In this document: piece by piece, positions 10,313-19,156 of the stretch
How the letters are laid out: each line of letters begins with the position of its first letter
Numbering within the stretch: the first letter of the stretch is position 1
NCBI GenBank assembly: GCA_009923445.1
Contig: RFTN01000003.1
Location: 65,260-129,259, forward strand
Direction of reading: 5' to 3'
From: a bacterium
Lineage (GTDB): Bacteria > Patescibacteriota > Saccharimonadia > Saccharimonadales > SZUA-47
DNA length: 64,000 nucleotides
Program-made: the position numbers and the translations under genes
Notes under the pieces: generated by a model
Seen by the model: the letters and a program-made list of their open reading frames with translations, nothing else
What the model was told of the DNA's origin: nothing
Databases searched by the model: none

Positions 10313-10741
10313 TTAGGATATACCACTAGAACCAAACCCATTATTTGATCTTGTTGTCTCAGATAAACTATCCGCACAATCAAAGCTGAGAGGATGATAT
10401 GTTTCAAAAATAATTTGGGCTATCCTATCGCCAATATTAATTGTAAAAGCATTTTCTTTATCTGTATTATACAAAACGACCCCTATGGTTCCTCTGTAAC
10501 CGGGATCAATCACCCCGGCCAAAACATCCACCCCATTTTTAAAAGCTAAGCCCGATCTAGGAGCTATTCTTCCGTATATATTATTATCTGGCATTTCAAT
10601 TACTATACCAGTATTGACCAATGCTCTGCTTAATGGTGGTATAGTCATAGCATCTACAGAATATAAATCTGCACCAGCATCTGATAAATTTGCTCTAGTT
10701 GGAATTTTTGCATCCTTATGTACTTTCTTAACTTTAATCAT
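10313..10741 (-). CDS. dut: dUTP diphosphatase
   Basis: Motifs AGADLYS, PRSG, GVIDPGYRG, C-terminal GFGSSG; start moved to ATG 10741 with GAGGGA upstream. Confidence 0.9.
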   Translation of the reverse strand: MIKVKKVHKDAKIPTRANLSDAGADLYSVDAMTIPPLSRALVNTGIVIEMPDNNIYGRIAPRSGLAFKNGVDVLAGVIDPGYRGTIGVVLYNTDKENAFTINIGDRIAQIIFETYHPLSFDCADSLSETTRSNNGFGSSGIS

Positions 10742-10746
10742 ATTAA

Positions 10747-12396
10747 TTATCCCTCGCATGATGTACAGGTTAAAATATTTCTTACCAATTCTTGAGCAGG
10801 GTTGGATGATCTTTGATAATAAAAACTTTTAATACCATTTTCCCATCCATAGATCAAGAGATCACTAACGCTTTTTGCTGGACAATTTGGTGGAATCATT
10901 AGATTTAATGAAATTGCTTGATCAACATATTTTTGTCTTTGTATATTTTGAATCACAATTTCTTTTTGACTAATTTCACCAAAAGTTTTAAATACATCTT
11001 TTTCTTCTTGTGTCAAAAAATCTAAATGTTGTACAGACCCTCCTCTGACTAATATGCTTTTCCAAACATCCTCTTTGTCTTGGTCTTTATGTTTTAATAT
11101 TTGTTTAAGATATGGATTTTTATATGTAAAACTGCCCTTGGCCAATTTTTTCACAAAGTAGTTTGAATTTAAAGGTTCTATGGATGGACTGACTTGCCCT
11201 AAAATAAAAGAACTGCTCGTGGTGGGCGCCACAGCTAACGTAGTGACATTTCTGCGACCATAGCCCTTGAGTAATTCTGGTTCTCCAAATTTGTCGGCTA
11301 ATTCTTTAGTGGCTATATCGGCTTTTTCTCTAATAGTTTTCCATATTTCAATATTCCAGGATTTAGCCAGCATAGACTCGAAGCCTATATTCTTTGATTG
11401 TAGAAAAGAATGCCATCCTAACACACCCATGCCTAGTGCTCTTTGATTTTTAGCAAAATTGTGCGCGGTTTCCATAAATTTAATATTATGGGTTTTTTGG
11501 ATAAATTCTTCATTAACAGTATCCAAGAAATAAATCAGAGTTTGTATCGCATCAGTCTTACTAATCTCTTCCCAATGTAATAGATTCAAAGAAGATAAAA
11601 CACAAACAAAAGAATTATTCTCATCTGAAGATAAGGCTATTTCACTACAAAGATTACTACTATGGATGGTTAAATTTTTATCCTTATATACCTGTGGACT
11701 ATTATTATTAGTAGTATCCTTAAATACTATATATGGATATCCTGTTTCAAATCTTTTTTGTATAACTTTAGCCCAAATTTTTCTTTTATCTTTATTTCCC
11801 TCTATCATACTTTTCATCCATTCATCAGTAATGGTAACACCAATACTCATATTCTGGATACTATGTCCTTCAGATCTGATTTGCAAAAACTCCTCGATAT
11901 CAGGATGTTCTACGGGAAGATACGCTGCAAAAGATCCTCTACGAGCAGATCCTTGTGATACTACTTCTGCAACTTTATCAAACATTTCCATAAAATGCAC
12001 AGGACCACTAGATTCTCCGCCAACACTGATAGAAGATCCTCGTGGCCTTAAATCACCAAAATAACCACTGGTTCCACCACCAAGCTTACTCATCATTCCT
12101 ACTTCAGCTACTTTACTTAAAATGCTCTCCATAGTATCTGATAAATAAGAATTAAAACAAGATACTGGTAGTCCTCTATCGTTTCCAAAGTTTGTCCATA
12201 CTGGAGTAGCTAAAGAATAAAATCCTCTACTCATATAGTCTTCGAACTTATCTGCAAATCCAGCAATACCCAGAATTTTTTCAGATGTTTCGGCTATATG
12301 TCTTATTCTTTGTTCTGGAGTTTCTCCATGTTTTAAATATCCTCTTTCTAGAAAGATACGACTATGAGAATTTAGCCAATAGTACTTCTTATGCAT
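10747..12396 (-). CDS. nrdA: ribonucleotide reductase class I large subunit (short form, no ATP cone)
   Basis: 549 aa; active-site SSNLCSEIAL, C-terminal CTSCEG redox pair; adjacent to an NrdB gene. Confidence 0.9.
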   Translation of the reverse strand: MHKKYYWLNSHSRIFLERGYLKHGETPEQRIRHIAETSEKILGIAGFADKFEDYMSRGFYSLATPVWTNFGNDRGLPVSCFNSYLSDTMESILSKVAEVGMMSKLGGGTSGYFGDLRPRGSSISVGGESSGPVHFMEMFDKVAEVVSQGSARRGSFAAYLPVEHPDIEEFLQIRSEGHSIQNMSIGVTITDEWMKSMIEGNKDKRKIWAKVIQKRFETGYPYIVFKDTTNNNSPQVYKDKNLTIHSSNLCSEIALSSDENNSFVCVLSSLNLLHWEEISKTDAIQTLIYFLDTVNEEFIQKTHNIKFMETAHNFAKNQRALGMGVLGWHSFLQSKNIGFESMLAKSWNIEIWKTIREKADIATKELADKFGEPELLKGYGRRNVTTLAVAPTTSSSFILGQVSPSIEPLNSNYFVKKLAKGSFTYKNPYLKQILKHKDQDKEDVWKSILVRGGSVQHLDFLTQEEKDVFKTFGEISQKEIVIQNIQRQKYVDQAISLNLMIPPNCPAKSVSDLLIYGWENGIKSFYYQRSSNPAQELVRNILTCTSCEG

Positions 12397-12416
12397 TTAT
12401 TATATTCCATTCTAAT

Positions 12417-13391
12417 TTAATTAAATAGATCGTCTACGTCAAAACTTTGAGAAGACTTTGCATACTCTACAGGACGAGAGTGGAAAAAGTCTGACATATT
12501 ATTTCCTAAGACTTGTTCATCAAACCACGATGTTTTAGATATCATCTCCTGATCAACCTCAAAAATAGGATCATATCCAATTTGTTTTAGAGAATCATTC
12601 ATTCTGTTTTTAATAAATTCTTTGAGTAACTCAGAGTTCAATTTTTCGTGTTGGTGTCCATTTACTATCCATTCCACAATTTGACACTCGTATTTTACAG
12701 CATCTCTGGCTTCATGCTCTATTTTCTTTTGAAGTTCTTCATCAAATAATTCTGGATGTTCAGCTTTAATTGTATTAATAATTTTGATACCAATCATAGC
12801 ATGTAAATTTTCTTCTCTGGAAGTATATTCAACTTGCTTATTAGTATCTTTAAGAAGATTTTTGTATCTACCGAACCAACTGATAGTATAAAATTGAGAA
12901 AACAGTGCTATATTTTCAACAAATAATGTAAATAAAATTAATGAATATATAAACTGTTTTTTATTATCAGTATGAAATTTATGTAGGTGTTTTCTTAAAT
13001 AGTTGACTCTACCTTGAATCAAGTCTAATTTCAGGATTTGATCAAAACTATCTTCTATTCCTAGAACCTCTAATAGTCTCTCATAAGCATCACCATGAAT
13101 AACTTCAACATTGGCCATTACATAACCCATATCATTAAGTGACGGGTGTGGTAAATTATCTCCTAGTTTGGCCCAGAACTTCTTAACACTAATTTCTAAT
13201 TGTCCAATTGTTGATAATGCCCTAATGACAATCTGCTGTTCTTGTTCTGTTAAATTAACTTTAAAATCTTGTACATCACTACTAAAATTAAATTCTCTAT
13301 GAGTCCAAAATCCATTGTGCATAGCTTCGATAAAGTCTTGGGTCCATGAATATAAATCTGGCTTTCTTGTAATTTGTTCTTGAAAAATCAT
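12417..13391 (-). CDS. nrdB: ribonucleotide reductase class I small subunit
   Basis: 324 aa; di-iron ligand motifs EVIHGDAY and EENLHAM, ferritin-like layout, acidic C-terminus. Confidence 0.9.
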   Translation of the reverse strand: MIFQEQITRKPDLYSWTQDFIEAMHNGFWTHREFNFSSDVQDFKVNLTEQEQQIVIRALSTIGQLEISVKKFWAKLGDNLPHPSLNDMGYVMANVEVIHGDAYERLLEVLGIEDSFDQILKLDLIQGRVNYLRKHLHKFHTDNKKQFIYSLILFTLFVENIALFSQFYTISWFGRYKNLLKDTNKQVEYTSREENLHAMIGIKIINTIKAEHPELFDEELQKKIEHEARDAVKYECQIVEWIVNGHQHEKLNSELLKEFIKNRMNDSLKQIGYDPIFEVDQEMISKTSWFDEQVLGNNMSDFFHSRPVEYAKSSQSFDVDDLFN

Positions 13392-13397
13392 AATATT

Positions 13398-13544
13398 TTA
13401 CTTTTGGTTAATGAGTGTTAAAAAACCTATAATGGTCATATATATAAATTGATGATTGATATTTTCAGTAGTAGCACCATTATACATTGAGTATAAAAGA
13501 TAAAATACTGAAACATAGAACAAACCAGCGTTTATTAGTTTCAT
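13398..13544 (-). CDS. small hydrophobic protein (48 aa), below ORF-track cutoff
   Basis: Own translation MKLINAGLFYVSVFYLLYSMYNGATTENINHQFIYMTIIGFLTLINQK; ATGA overlap with dCMP deaminase stop; two hydrophobic segments. Confidence 0.35.
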   Translation of the reverse strand: MKLINAGLFYVSVFYLLYSMYNGATTENINHQFIYMTIIGFLTLINQK

Positions 13545-13999
13545 AATACACCACTCAGCCATTGTAAATTCGGTTCAACTTTATAAATTTCCATACCACT
13601 CATTGATATAAATAAATCAAATCTTTGTTTTGCATCGCTATCAAATAAATGGGTTCCATGATCATCGATCATATAAACTTTTCTAATTCCTTCTTGCCAC
13701 AAAGCTATGATGCAATCATTACAACATTGGCCTGTCACATATGCTATGCCATTATCTGGTCTAACCACACAATTAGACAAAGCATTTCTTTCACTATGAA
13801 CCATCCAATGGTATTTATCGGGACGATTTTTTGGTAATTGGCTATCATCCAAACCTCTAGGAAAACCATTATACCCCACGCCTAGAATTCTATTATGTTG
13901 GTCTGTGATTACACATCCATGTTTAGTGTGAATATCATGGCTACGTTGTGATACAACCTTAGCCAATCCTAAGAAATAGTCAGTCCAGTTGGGTCTCAT
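13541..13999 (-). CDS. dCMP deaminase
   Basis: Zinc motifs HSERNAL and CCNDC in a 152 aa cytidine/deoxycytidylate deaminase-size protein. Confidence 0.85.
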   Translation of the reverse strand: MRPNWTDYFLGLAKVVSQRSHDIHTKHGCVITDQHNRILGVGYNGFPRGLDDSQLPKNRPDKYHWMVHSERNALSNCVVRPDNGIAYVTGQCCNDCIIALWQEGIRKVYMIDDHGTHLFDSDAKQRFDLFISMSGMEIYKVEPNLQWLSGVL

Positions 14000-14037
14000 G
14001 ATCCCATATAGTATCAGAGATCACGAGATGGTCAAGA

Positions 14038-14286
14038 TCATTTTTGATTGAGTTTATTGTAAATCATCAATGTCAAAACACCACCAGCTACTCCCATAAA
14101 AATACCGGCTGGACTAATAGAATCATATTTACCTAAAAGATAGAGTATAGCACCGCCCATATATGATCCAGCCACGCCTAATGCTACTGTTTTGACAAAA
14201 TTAAAATTTTCATCTCCAGGAACTAGACTTTTGGCTATACTACCCACAAATAACCCATAAACACACCATACTAAAATACTAGACAT
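14038..14286 (-). CDS. GlsB/YeaQ/YmgE-family small membrane protein
   Basis: 82 aa; GLFVGSIAKSLVPG...ALGVAGSYMGGAILYLLG pattern typical of the transglycosylase-associated (YeaQ/YmgE) family. Confidence 0.6.
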   Translation of the reverse strand: MSSILVWCVYGLFVGSIAKSLVPGDENFNFVKTVALGVAGSYMGGAILYLLGKYDSISPAGIFMGVAGGVLTLMIYNKLNQK

Positions 14287-14677
14287 TTGCAGCCTCCACT
14301 AAAGTTTGTAATTCCTCTTCCGTGAGATTTTCTCCTGTATCTAACAAAGACGCTAAAATACTCATAGAATATTTATTATAATCATCCGGTTTCATTTCTC
14401 TGCGTAATACTTTTTTAATTCTCATTTTTGTAAACCATCCTCTGCGTTCACTATATGTTTTAATTTCTTCGCCATATAATTTATATTTTTCTTGAGCAGT
14501 AAAATCTTTAGATATTTTATTTTTATTACATTCTTGAATAATTCTGATACATGTTAGCATTATACTAATAATCATTAGAACTGTAATTATAGCAAAACCA
14601 TAAACCTCATCTTTTTCTACAGATGTTTTATCAAGTACTTTAATAGCAATAGCTTTAAGCTTTTCGTTATCTTTCAT
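14279..14677 (-). CDS. membrane protein
   Basis: 132 aa with one central hydrophobic helix (FAIITVLMIISIMLTCI). Confidence 0.45.
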   Translation of the reverse strand: MKDNEKLKAIAIKVLDKTSVEKDEVYGFAIITVLMIISIMLTCIRIIQECNKNKISKDFTAQEKYKLYGEEIKTYSERRGWFTKMRIKKVLRREMKPDDYNKYSMSILASLLDTGENLTEEELQTLVEAANV

Positions 14678-14679
14678 TT

Positions 14680-15042
14680 TTACTTTCTTCTAATAATGGT
14701 ACGAGGTTTACATTGTCCATTAATACAATGATTATTATTTTGTGGGACGGCGGGATTTATAGATATAATTTCTCCCACACTAATAGTGCCAGAACCCTTG
14801 TCTGGTTCACAATATTTACATTCTATTTTTTTAATTTTATCACCGCTTAAATACCATCCTTGTCCTTTACATACTGGACAATCTTTTCTTCTGTATTTAT
14901 GAACAATTTCGACTCCTTTGGCTTTAATTATACCACCAGCTAAAACCACAGGAGCAGTTGTTGAACCATTATAATCGGATGAGCCGAAAAGAATACTTGA
15001 AGCAACAAGAATTGTAAGAAATTTATTCATTATTCTCTCCAA
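14680..15042 (-). CDS. secreted/anchored protein with DnaJ-type CxxCxGxG zinc motif
   Basis: N-terminal signal-like FLTILVASSILFG; CPVCKGQG and CKYCEP motifs. Confidence 0.45.
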   Translation of the reverse strand: MERIMNKFLTILVASSILFGSSDYNGSTTAPVVLAGGIIKAKGVEIVHKYRRKDCPVCKGQGWYLSGDKIKKIECKYCEPDKGSGTISVGEIISINPAVPQNNNHCINGQCKPRTIIRRK

Positions 15043-15227
15043 GGTAGCGGTATAATATTGTTAATAGTGTCCACCACCCTTTTTAATGGCTTGGGTCTTT
15101 TAGGTTTAACAACAGGAGCGTCTATAACTTTTTCTGAATTTTTACTTAAAATTTTTGCTAGCTTAAGTATAAATCCTGTGATTAATACTATTAAACGATT
15201 AAGAGCTATTCTATCTATAATTCTCAT
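15030..15227 (-). CDS. small membrane protein
   Basis: 65 aa, N-terminal hydrophobic helix LIVLITGFIL, basic tail; SD-like CAGGAG upstream. Confidence 0.4.
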   Translation of the reverse strand: MRIIDRIALNRLIVLITGFILKLAKILSKNSEKVIDAPVVKPKRPKPLKRVVDTINNIIPLPWRE

Positions 15228-15281
15228 TTGGTGCTCCTGTAAAAATAGACTAACTATTAATACACCAAATTAAATATTAAA

Positions 15282-16208
15282 TTATAAATAGGTATCAAAT
15301 CCATAGTCGGGCAATTTTTGAAGTGGAAAGCCATCAAATCCACTAAAAGCATAGGACCCATTTTGACTTAACATACCTTCTGCAACATCAGCGTGGATCA
15401 AAAAAGACCCTTCTGGAATTGGACCCCATTCTGGATGACCTCCATCATTCCATTTGCCCCAGCTATTTTGTACTAAAAATACAGGTTCTCCTTGAGTATC
15501 ATCACAAGCTATCCAGGCCATACAATGACCCCAACTACCAGAAACTTTAGCAAAACCTCTTTTATCTCTTGTACTACTAAATCCATAATTAGAGCATACT
15601 GCTAAACCATATCCATTAGCTAAAGCGTCTCGTGCTTCTTCGACAGTTTTAACAAGACTTGTTGTTCTAATTTGGTGATCATTAGCAACATCTAAAACCT
15701 TATCTGGTAATCCTCGCCCACCCCATCCAGCCCCTAAACTACCGTTGTATTTACTAAAATCAACTACTCCGGGATAATTTTTACGAACCACAATACCGCC
15801 AATTTTGCTAACAAATTCAGCGGCTCTAGAGCAACTCATGCCTTCTCCACTAAAACCTCTAGCGCCATAAATTGCTTCTGTTGCACCTCTGGCTATCCAG
15901 GCTTCTCTTTCTTGATCAATATCTATTTCTACCGCTCTCGTAACATCACAAGCGTTTCGCGTTCCATGGCTTACACAATCTCCTACTGTTTGTCTTTCAT
16001 TGTAAGGATTTTTATCAAATTTTAACACACTCTTATATGGTGTTGATAGTTGCCCTTTGCCAGAATTTTTAATTTTTTTACTAGCATCTCCAAACAATGG
16101 ATATTTTAAAGTTTCCATTAAATGATCAAAATGGTGCTGTTCCCAAATACATCCAGAATAACCATTACGATATTTATTATACCATTCTTGTGGGGTTAGT
16201 CTTGGCAT
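15282..16208 (-). CDS. papain-like (C1 family-like) cysteine peptidase
   Basis: Q..GDCVSHG (catalytic Cys context), GHCMAW (His), VQNSWGKWNDGG (the NSWG..W..G papain signature). Confidence 0.7.
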   Translation of the reverse strand: MPRLTPQEWYNKYRNGYSGCIWEQHHFDHLMETLKYPLFGDASKKIKNSGKGQLSTPYKSVLKFDKNPYNERQTVGDCVSHGTRNACDVTRAVEIDIDQEREAWIARGATEAIYGARGFSGEGMSCSRAAEFVSKIGGIVVRKNYPGVVDFSKYNGSLGAGWGGRGLPDKVLDVANDHQIRTTSLVKTVEEARDALANGYGLAVCSNYGFSSTRDKRGFAKVSGSWGHCMAWIACDDTQGEPVFLVQNSWGKWNDGGHPEWGPIPEGSFLIHADVAEGMLSQNGSYAFSGFDGFPLQKLPDYGFDTYL

Positions 16209-16696
16209 TAGTTTAGTCTTTCATTAAGCGCCCAAGCTAAAGCATAAAACCCATCCATAGCTTTGGTCCTAAGTTCTGGAGATAAAACCAATACATCGTC
16301 ACCAATAGCTGCTACTATTACTTCTTTGCATTCTTTGGGTAAATTAGGATATTTCCCTTTTATGTTGATATTAAGCATATGGCCTGCGATACTATTAGCT
16401 TCACGAATTGCTTCGGTGTTTTTTATTACCTCATTCTCTCCATCTAGTCTAATTAATTCTCTAATATCTAAGTAAAGATCTCTTAATGTTCCAGCTTCAG
16501 CTTCAGTCATAGTTTTAGCTATAGCCGCAACATCTTGAGCTTCTTTTAAAATTTCTGGATCTTTTGGTGCAGACATCTTCATATGATTATTTACAGGCTT
16601 AGAAATATTTGGTAAGACTTGTGATAAGTCAAAGCTAGATAAACCAAATACTATGAGTAAACCAGCAACAACAAGAACTAAAGAATTATTTTTCAT
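16208..16696 (-). CDS. signal-anchored/secreted protein
   Basis: 162 aa, N-terminal LVLVVAGLLIVFGLSS hydrophobic segment. Confidence 0.45.
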   Translation of the reverse strand: MKNNSLVLVVAGLLIVFGLSSFDLSQVLPNISKPVNNHMKMSAPKDPEILKEAQDVAAIAKTMTEAEAGTLRDLYLDIRELIRLDGENEVIKNTEAIREANSIAGHMLNINIKGKYPNLPKECKEVIVAAIGDDVLVLSPELRTKAMDGFYALAWALNERLN

Positions 16697-17103
16697 ACTA
16701 CCCTATCCTCTTTTTTAGAGCATACATTAGGACTTAAAAATGGAAACATTTGATCAGCAACTTTGACAGCTTCGGAGCAGCCACTTTTTTCTGCTAAATC
16801 TCTTGTTTGTTTCCAACTAACAACAAGCTTAAAAAAAACATCATCCTTATTCAGATTATCTGTTTTAGGAACTACAACAGGATCAACCTTTGGTACAGAT
16901 ACAACTGGTAAAGCAACAGTATTCGCTGATATTAATTTTTTAATTTGCGAAACTACAGTGTTAAATAAATTAGTGACAGGGCTTAATTTATCCTTAAATA
17001 AAACCCATACTATCAAACCAACGCCAGCATAAAGGGCTAAATCGGTTGGTGTGGTACGACTACTAAATTCTTGAAAGCTTTCTGTAAAATTCATAAGTTT
17101 CAC
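16693..17103 (-). CDS. membrane protein
   Basis: 136 aa, one TM (LALYAGVGLIVWVLF); 4-nt overlap with downstream gene. Confidence 0.45.
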   Translation of the reverse strand: MKLMNFTESFQEFSSRTTPTDLALYAGVGLIVWVLFKDKLSPVTNLFNTVVSQIKKLISANTVALPVVSVPKVDPVVVPKTDNLNKDDVFFKLVVSWKQTRDLAEKSGCSEAVKVADQMFPFLSPNVCSKKEDRVV

Positions 17104-17106
17104 CTT

Positions 17107-17526
17107 TTATTTATCTGAAATTTTGGGAATATTATCTATGGTTGGGTCTACTGTGGACGGAGTATTAAAAATGCCTACATTCCTAAAAGTTGTAACCAAA
17201 GCATCAATTGATGAACTTGCTAGTATCATCAACAAAGATTTGATATACTGTCTTATAATAGGTTGAAGAATCTGAGGAACAAATGGGATATTTATTATCA
17301 CAAAAACACTATCATAAAACTGCGATACCATACCCATCGCTAAAGTTTTTTTATCTGCTCCTTTTAATTCAGGATTATTAATCTCTATACTTTGGATAAT
17401 ATCTGCAATTACAATCTGTAATAATTTCCATGCTTCGGATAAAGCTATATTAGTAGTATTACCCAAAGAGTTTTTAGTTTGTTGGATTAGTTGGTTTAAT
17501 AGTATTTGTAGATTTGCTTTTAACAT
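17107..17526 (-). CDS. hypothetical protein
   Basis: 139 aa ORF; overlaps upstream gene end by about 50 nt, start uncertain. Confidence 0.4.
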   Translation of the reverse strand: MLKANLQILLNQLIQQTKNSLGNTTNIALSEAWKLLQIVIADIIQSIEINNPELKGADKKTLAMGMVSQFYDSVFVIINIPFVPQILQPIIRQYIKSLLMILASSSIDALVTTFRNVGIFNTPSTVDPTIDNIPKISDK

Positions 17527-17806
17527 TTTTTTTTCTTCTATTTTTACGACTAGCTTCTTTTCTTTCTTCTTCAGATGCTGTTGCCCACCAAACTTCTTTT
17601 AATTGTGTTCGTCCTTTTATATATTTAAATAGTACTGTTAATTGACCAATAATAAGTATTGTTGCTTCAAGTCCTTTGCTGGTTTCTTGAATTAAATCTT
17701 CTTTTTGAGTATTGCTTTCTAATAATCCACAAAGATATAAACCACTAAAAATAAAACTAACTAATGTAAACCAAAATTCACTAGTACGATATCCAGGTTT
17801 AATCAT
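17474..17806 (-). CDS. putative holin-like membrane protein
   Basis: 110 aa; RTSEFWFTLVSFIFSGLYLCGLL then a second TM and a highly basic C-tail, a holin-like layout. Confidence 0.4.
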   Translation of the reverse strand: MIKPGYRTSEFWFTLVSFIFSGLYLCGLLESNTQKEDLIQETSKGLEATILIIGQLTVLFKYIKGRTQLKEVWWATASEEERKEASRKNRRKKNVKSKSTNTIKPTNPTN

Positions 17807-17856
17807 AATAGTAGTTTCTGTTAAAAATTAAATGTATAGTAAATAATACACCTAAT

Positions 17857-18159
17857 TTAATTATTAATTATCCAAGTATAAGTATTAGTATCTAATATTG
17901 CTTGTTCATTTGGCTTAGGAGGAATAAAAGCGTCTAAATTAGGATCATAATAAAACCCAATGCCCGCATAATTACCCCTATAAGGAACTCCACCATAAAG
18001 ATGTTGGTTATTTCTGGTGTTATAACTTGTTCTTTTGCAAACTTGTCCTCTAAAATCACCATAATATTTTTCCCAATCAATATCAAGTTCGCCCTCATCT
18101 CTGCCAACTATAACTTCTGTAACAAAGTTGTTCTCATCTAAAAATGCATAATGTGCCAT
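17857..18159 (-). CDS. hypothetical protein
   Basis: 100 aa ORF upstream of the fibre genes; no motif recognised. Confidence 0.45.
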   Translation of the reverse strand: MAHYAFLDENNFVTEVIVGRDEGELDIDWEKYYGDFRGQVCKRTSYNTRNNQHLYGGVPYRGNYAGIGFYYDPNLDAFIPPKPNEQAILDTNTYTWIINN

Positions 18160-18170
18160 AATTTTTCTCC

Positions 18171-19145
18171 TTAGCTAAATGTAATAGTATCTGTTCCTGC
18201 TGTAATATCTATAATAGTTTCATTTCCTGATGTGGATGCGGTGTATGTTAATCCAACCCCTATTGTATAATTTAAAGTTGATGAAAATCTGAATCCAACT
18301 CGCCCAGATCCGCCATTGGAAGGTACTAGTACATTTCCGTTATATCCTCCTCCTCCCCCGCCACCAGTATTGGTTGATCCTGCGGTTGATGATCTTGACG
18401 GGCTGTTGACAGCACCTGTGCCGCCTCCACCGGTTCCACCAGATCCGCTACTGCCAGATACGGAGGGTGCTCCTCCTCCTCCGCCACCACAAAAGGTATT
18501 ATTATTGGCCGGTGGATTGGCTGATGTATTTGGGATAGAAGAAGTTCTGCCGTTTCCGCCGCTGCCTGCGTTGTTGTTGCTGTTTGAGTTTCCGGCAGTA
18601 TTTGCTCCTCCTCCTCCGCTTGCAGCATTAAGGAATGATGATGATGTTAAAGAAGAGCCGCCATTATTTCCATACAAACCGGCTAATGCTTTGCCGCCAA
18701 GTCCAGTTCCAGCATGAGAAGCAGAGCCTCCTCCGCTTCCGCCATCTTTTCCAACCTTGAGTGCCGGTGTTCCTCCGGTGCCTCCGGAGCCTCCTCCAAT
18801 AGCATAATATATGTGAAACAAAGAAAAACCCCCAGAATTTGAAGGTGATCCAGTACTGTTTATTGCACCTCCAGCACCAACTGTTATATTGTATGGTGTA
18901 TCTAGAGATACACCTACCTCTAATTCAACAAAAGCTCCTGCTCCTCCTCCTCCTCCTCCTAATTCGACATTTCCGGAGTTAGTTCCTCCATATCCCCCCG
19001 GACCTCCTCCTCCCACCAATAAAACTTTTATAGTTTGCAAAGAATCAGACAACAAATCCCATGAATATCCATTCCAAGAATAAATTCTTCCATTCTGTCT
19101 TGATAATTGATTAGTTGTTGGACTGCTTGGAAAACTAAATGGCAT
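18171..19145 (-). CDS. glycine-rich fibre-like structural protein (paralog A)
   Basis: 324 aa; long GGGxGG/GGSGG tracts without G-X-Y periodicity; C-terminus IGVGLTYTAS...TAGTDTITFS shared with the next gene. Confidence 0.7.
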   Translation of the reverse strand: MPFSFPSSPTTNQLSRQNGRIYSWNGYSWDLLSDSLQTIKVLLVGGGGPGGYGGTNSGNVELGGGGGGAGAFVELEVGVSLDTPYNITVGAGGAINSTGSPSNSGGFSLFHIYYAIGGGSGGTGGTPALKVGKDGGSGGGSASHAGTGLGGKALAGLYGNNGGSSLTSSSFLNAASGGGGANTAGNSNSNNNAGSGGNGRTSSIPNTSANPPANNNTFCGGGGGGAPSVSGSSGSGGTGGGGTGAVNSPSRSSTAGSTNTGGGGGGGYNGNVLVPSNGGSGRVGFRFSSTLNYTIGVGLTYTASTSGNETIIDITAGTDTITFS

Positions 19146-19156
19146 AACTTATTTCC

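Noticed and set aside
13981-14037. Promoter-like TTGACC upstream of the dCMP deaminase gene
   Set aside because: No acceptable -10 hexamer lies at 16-18 nt spacing (TATATG only at about 19 nt), and the distance to the ATG is too short. It was not called.
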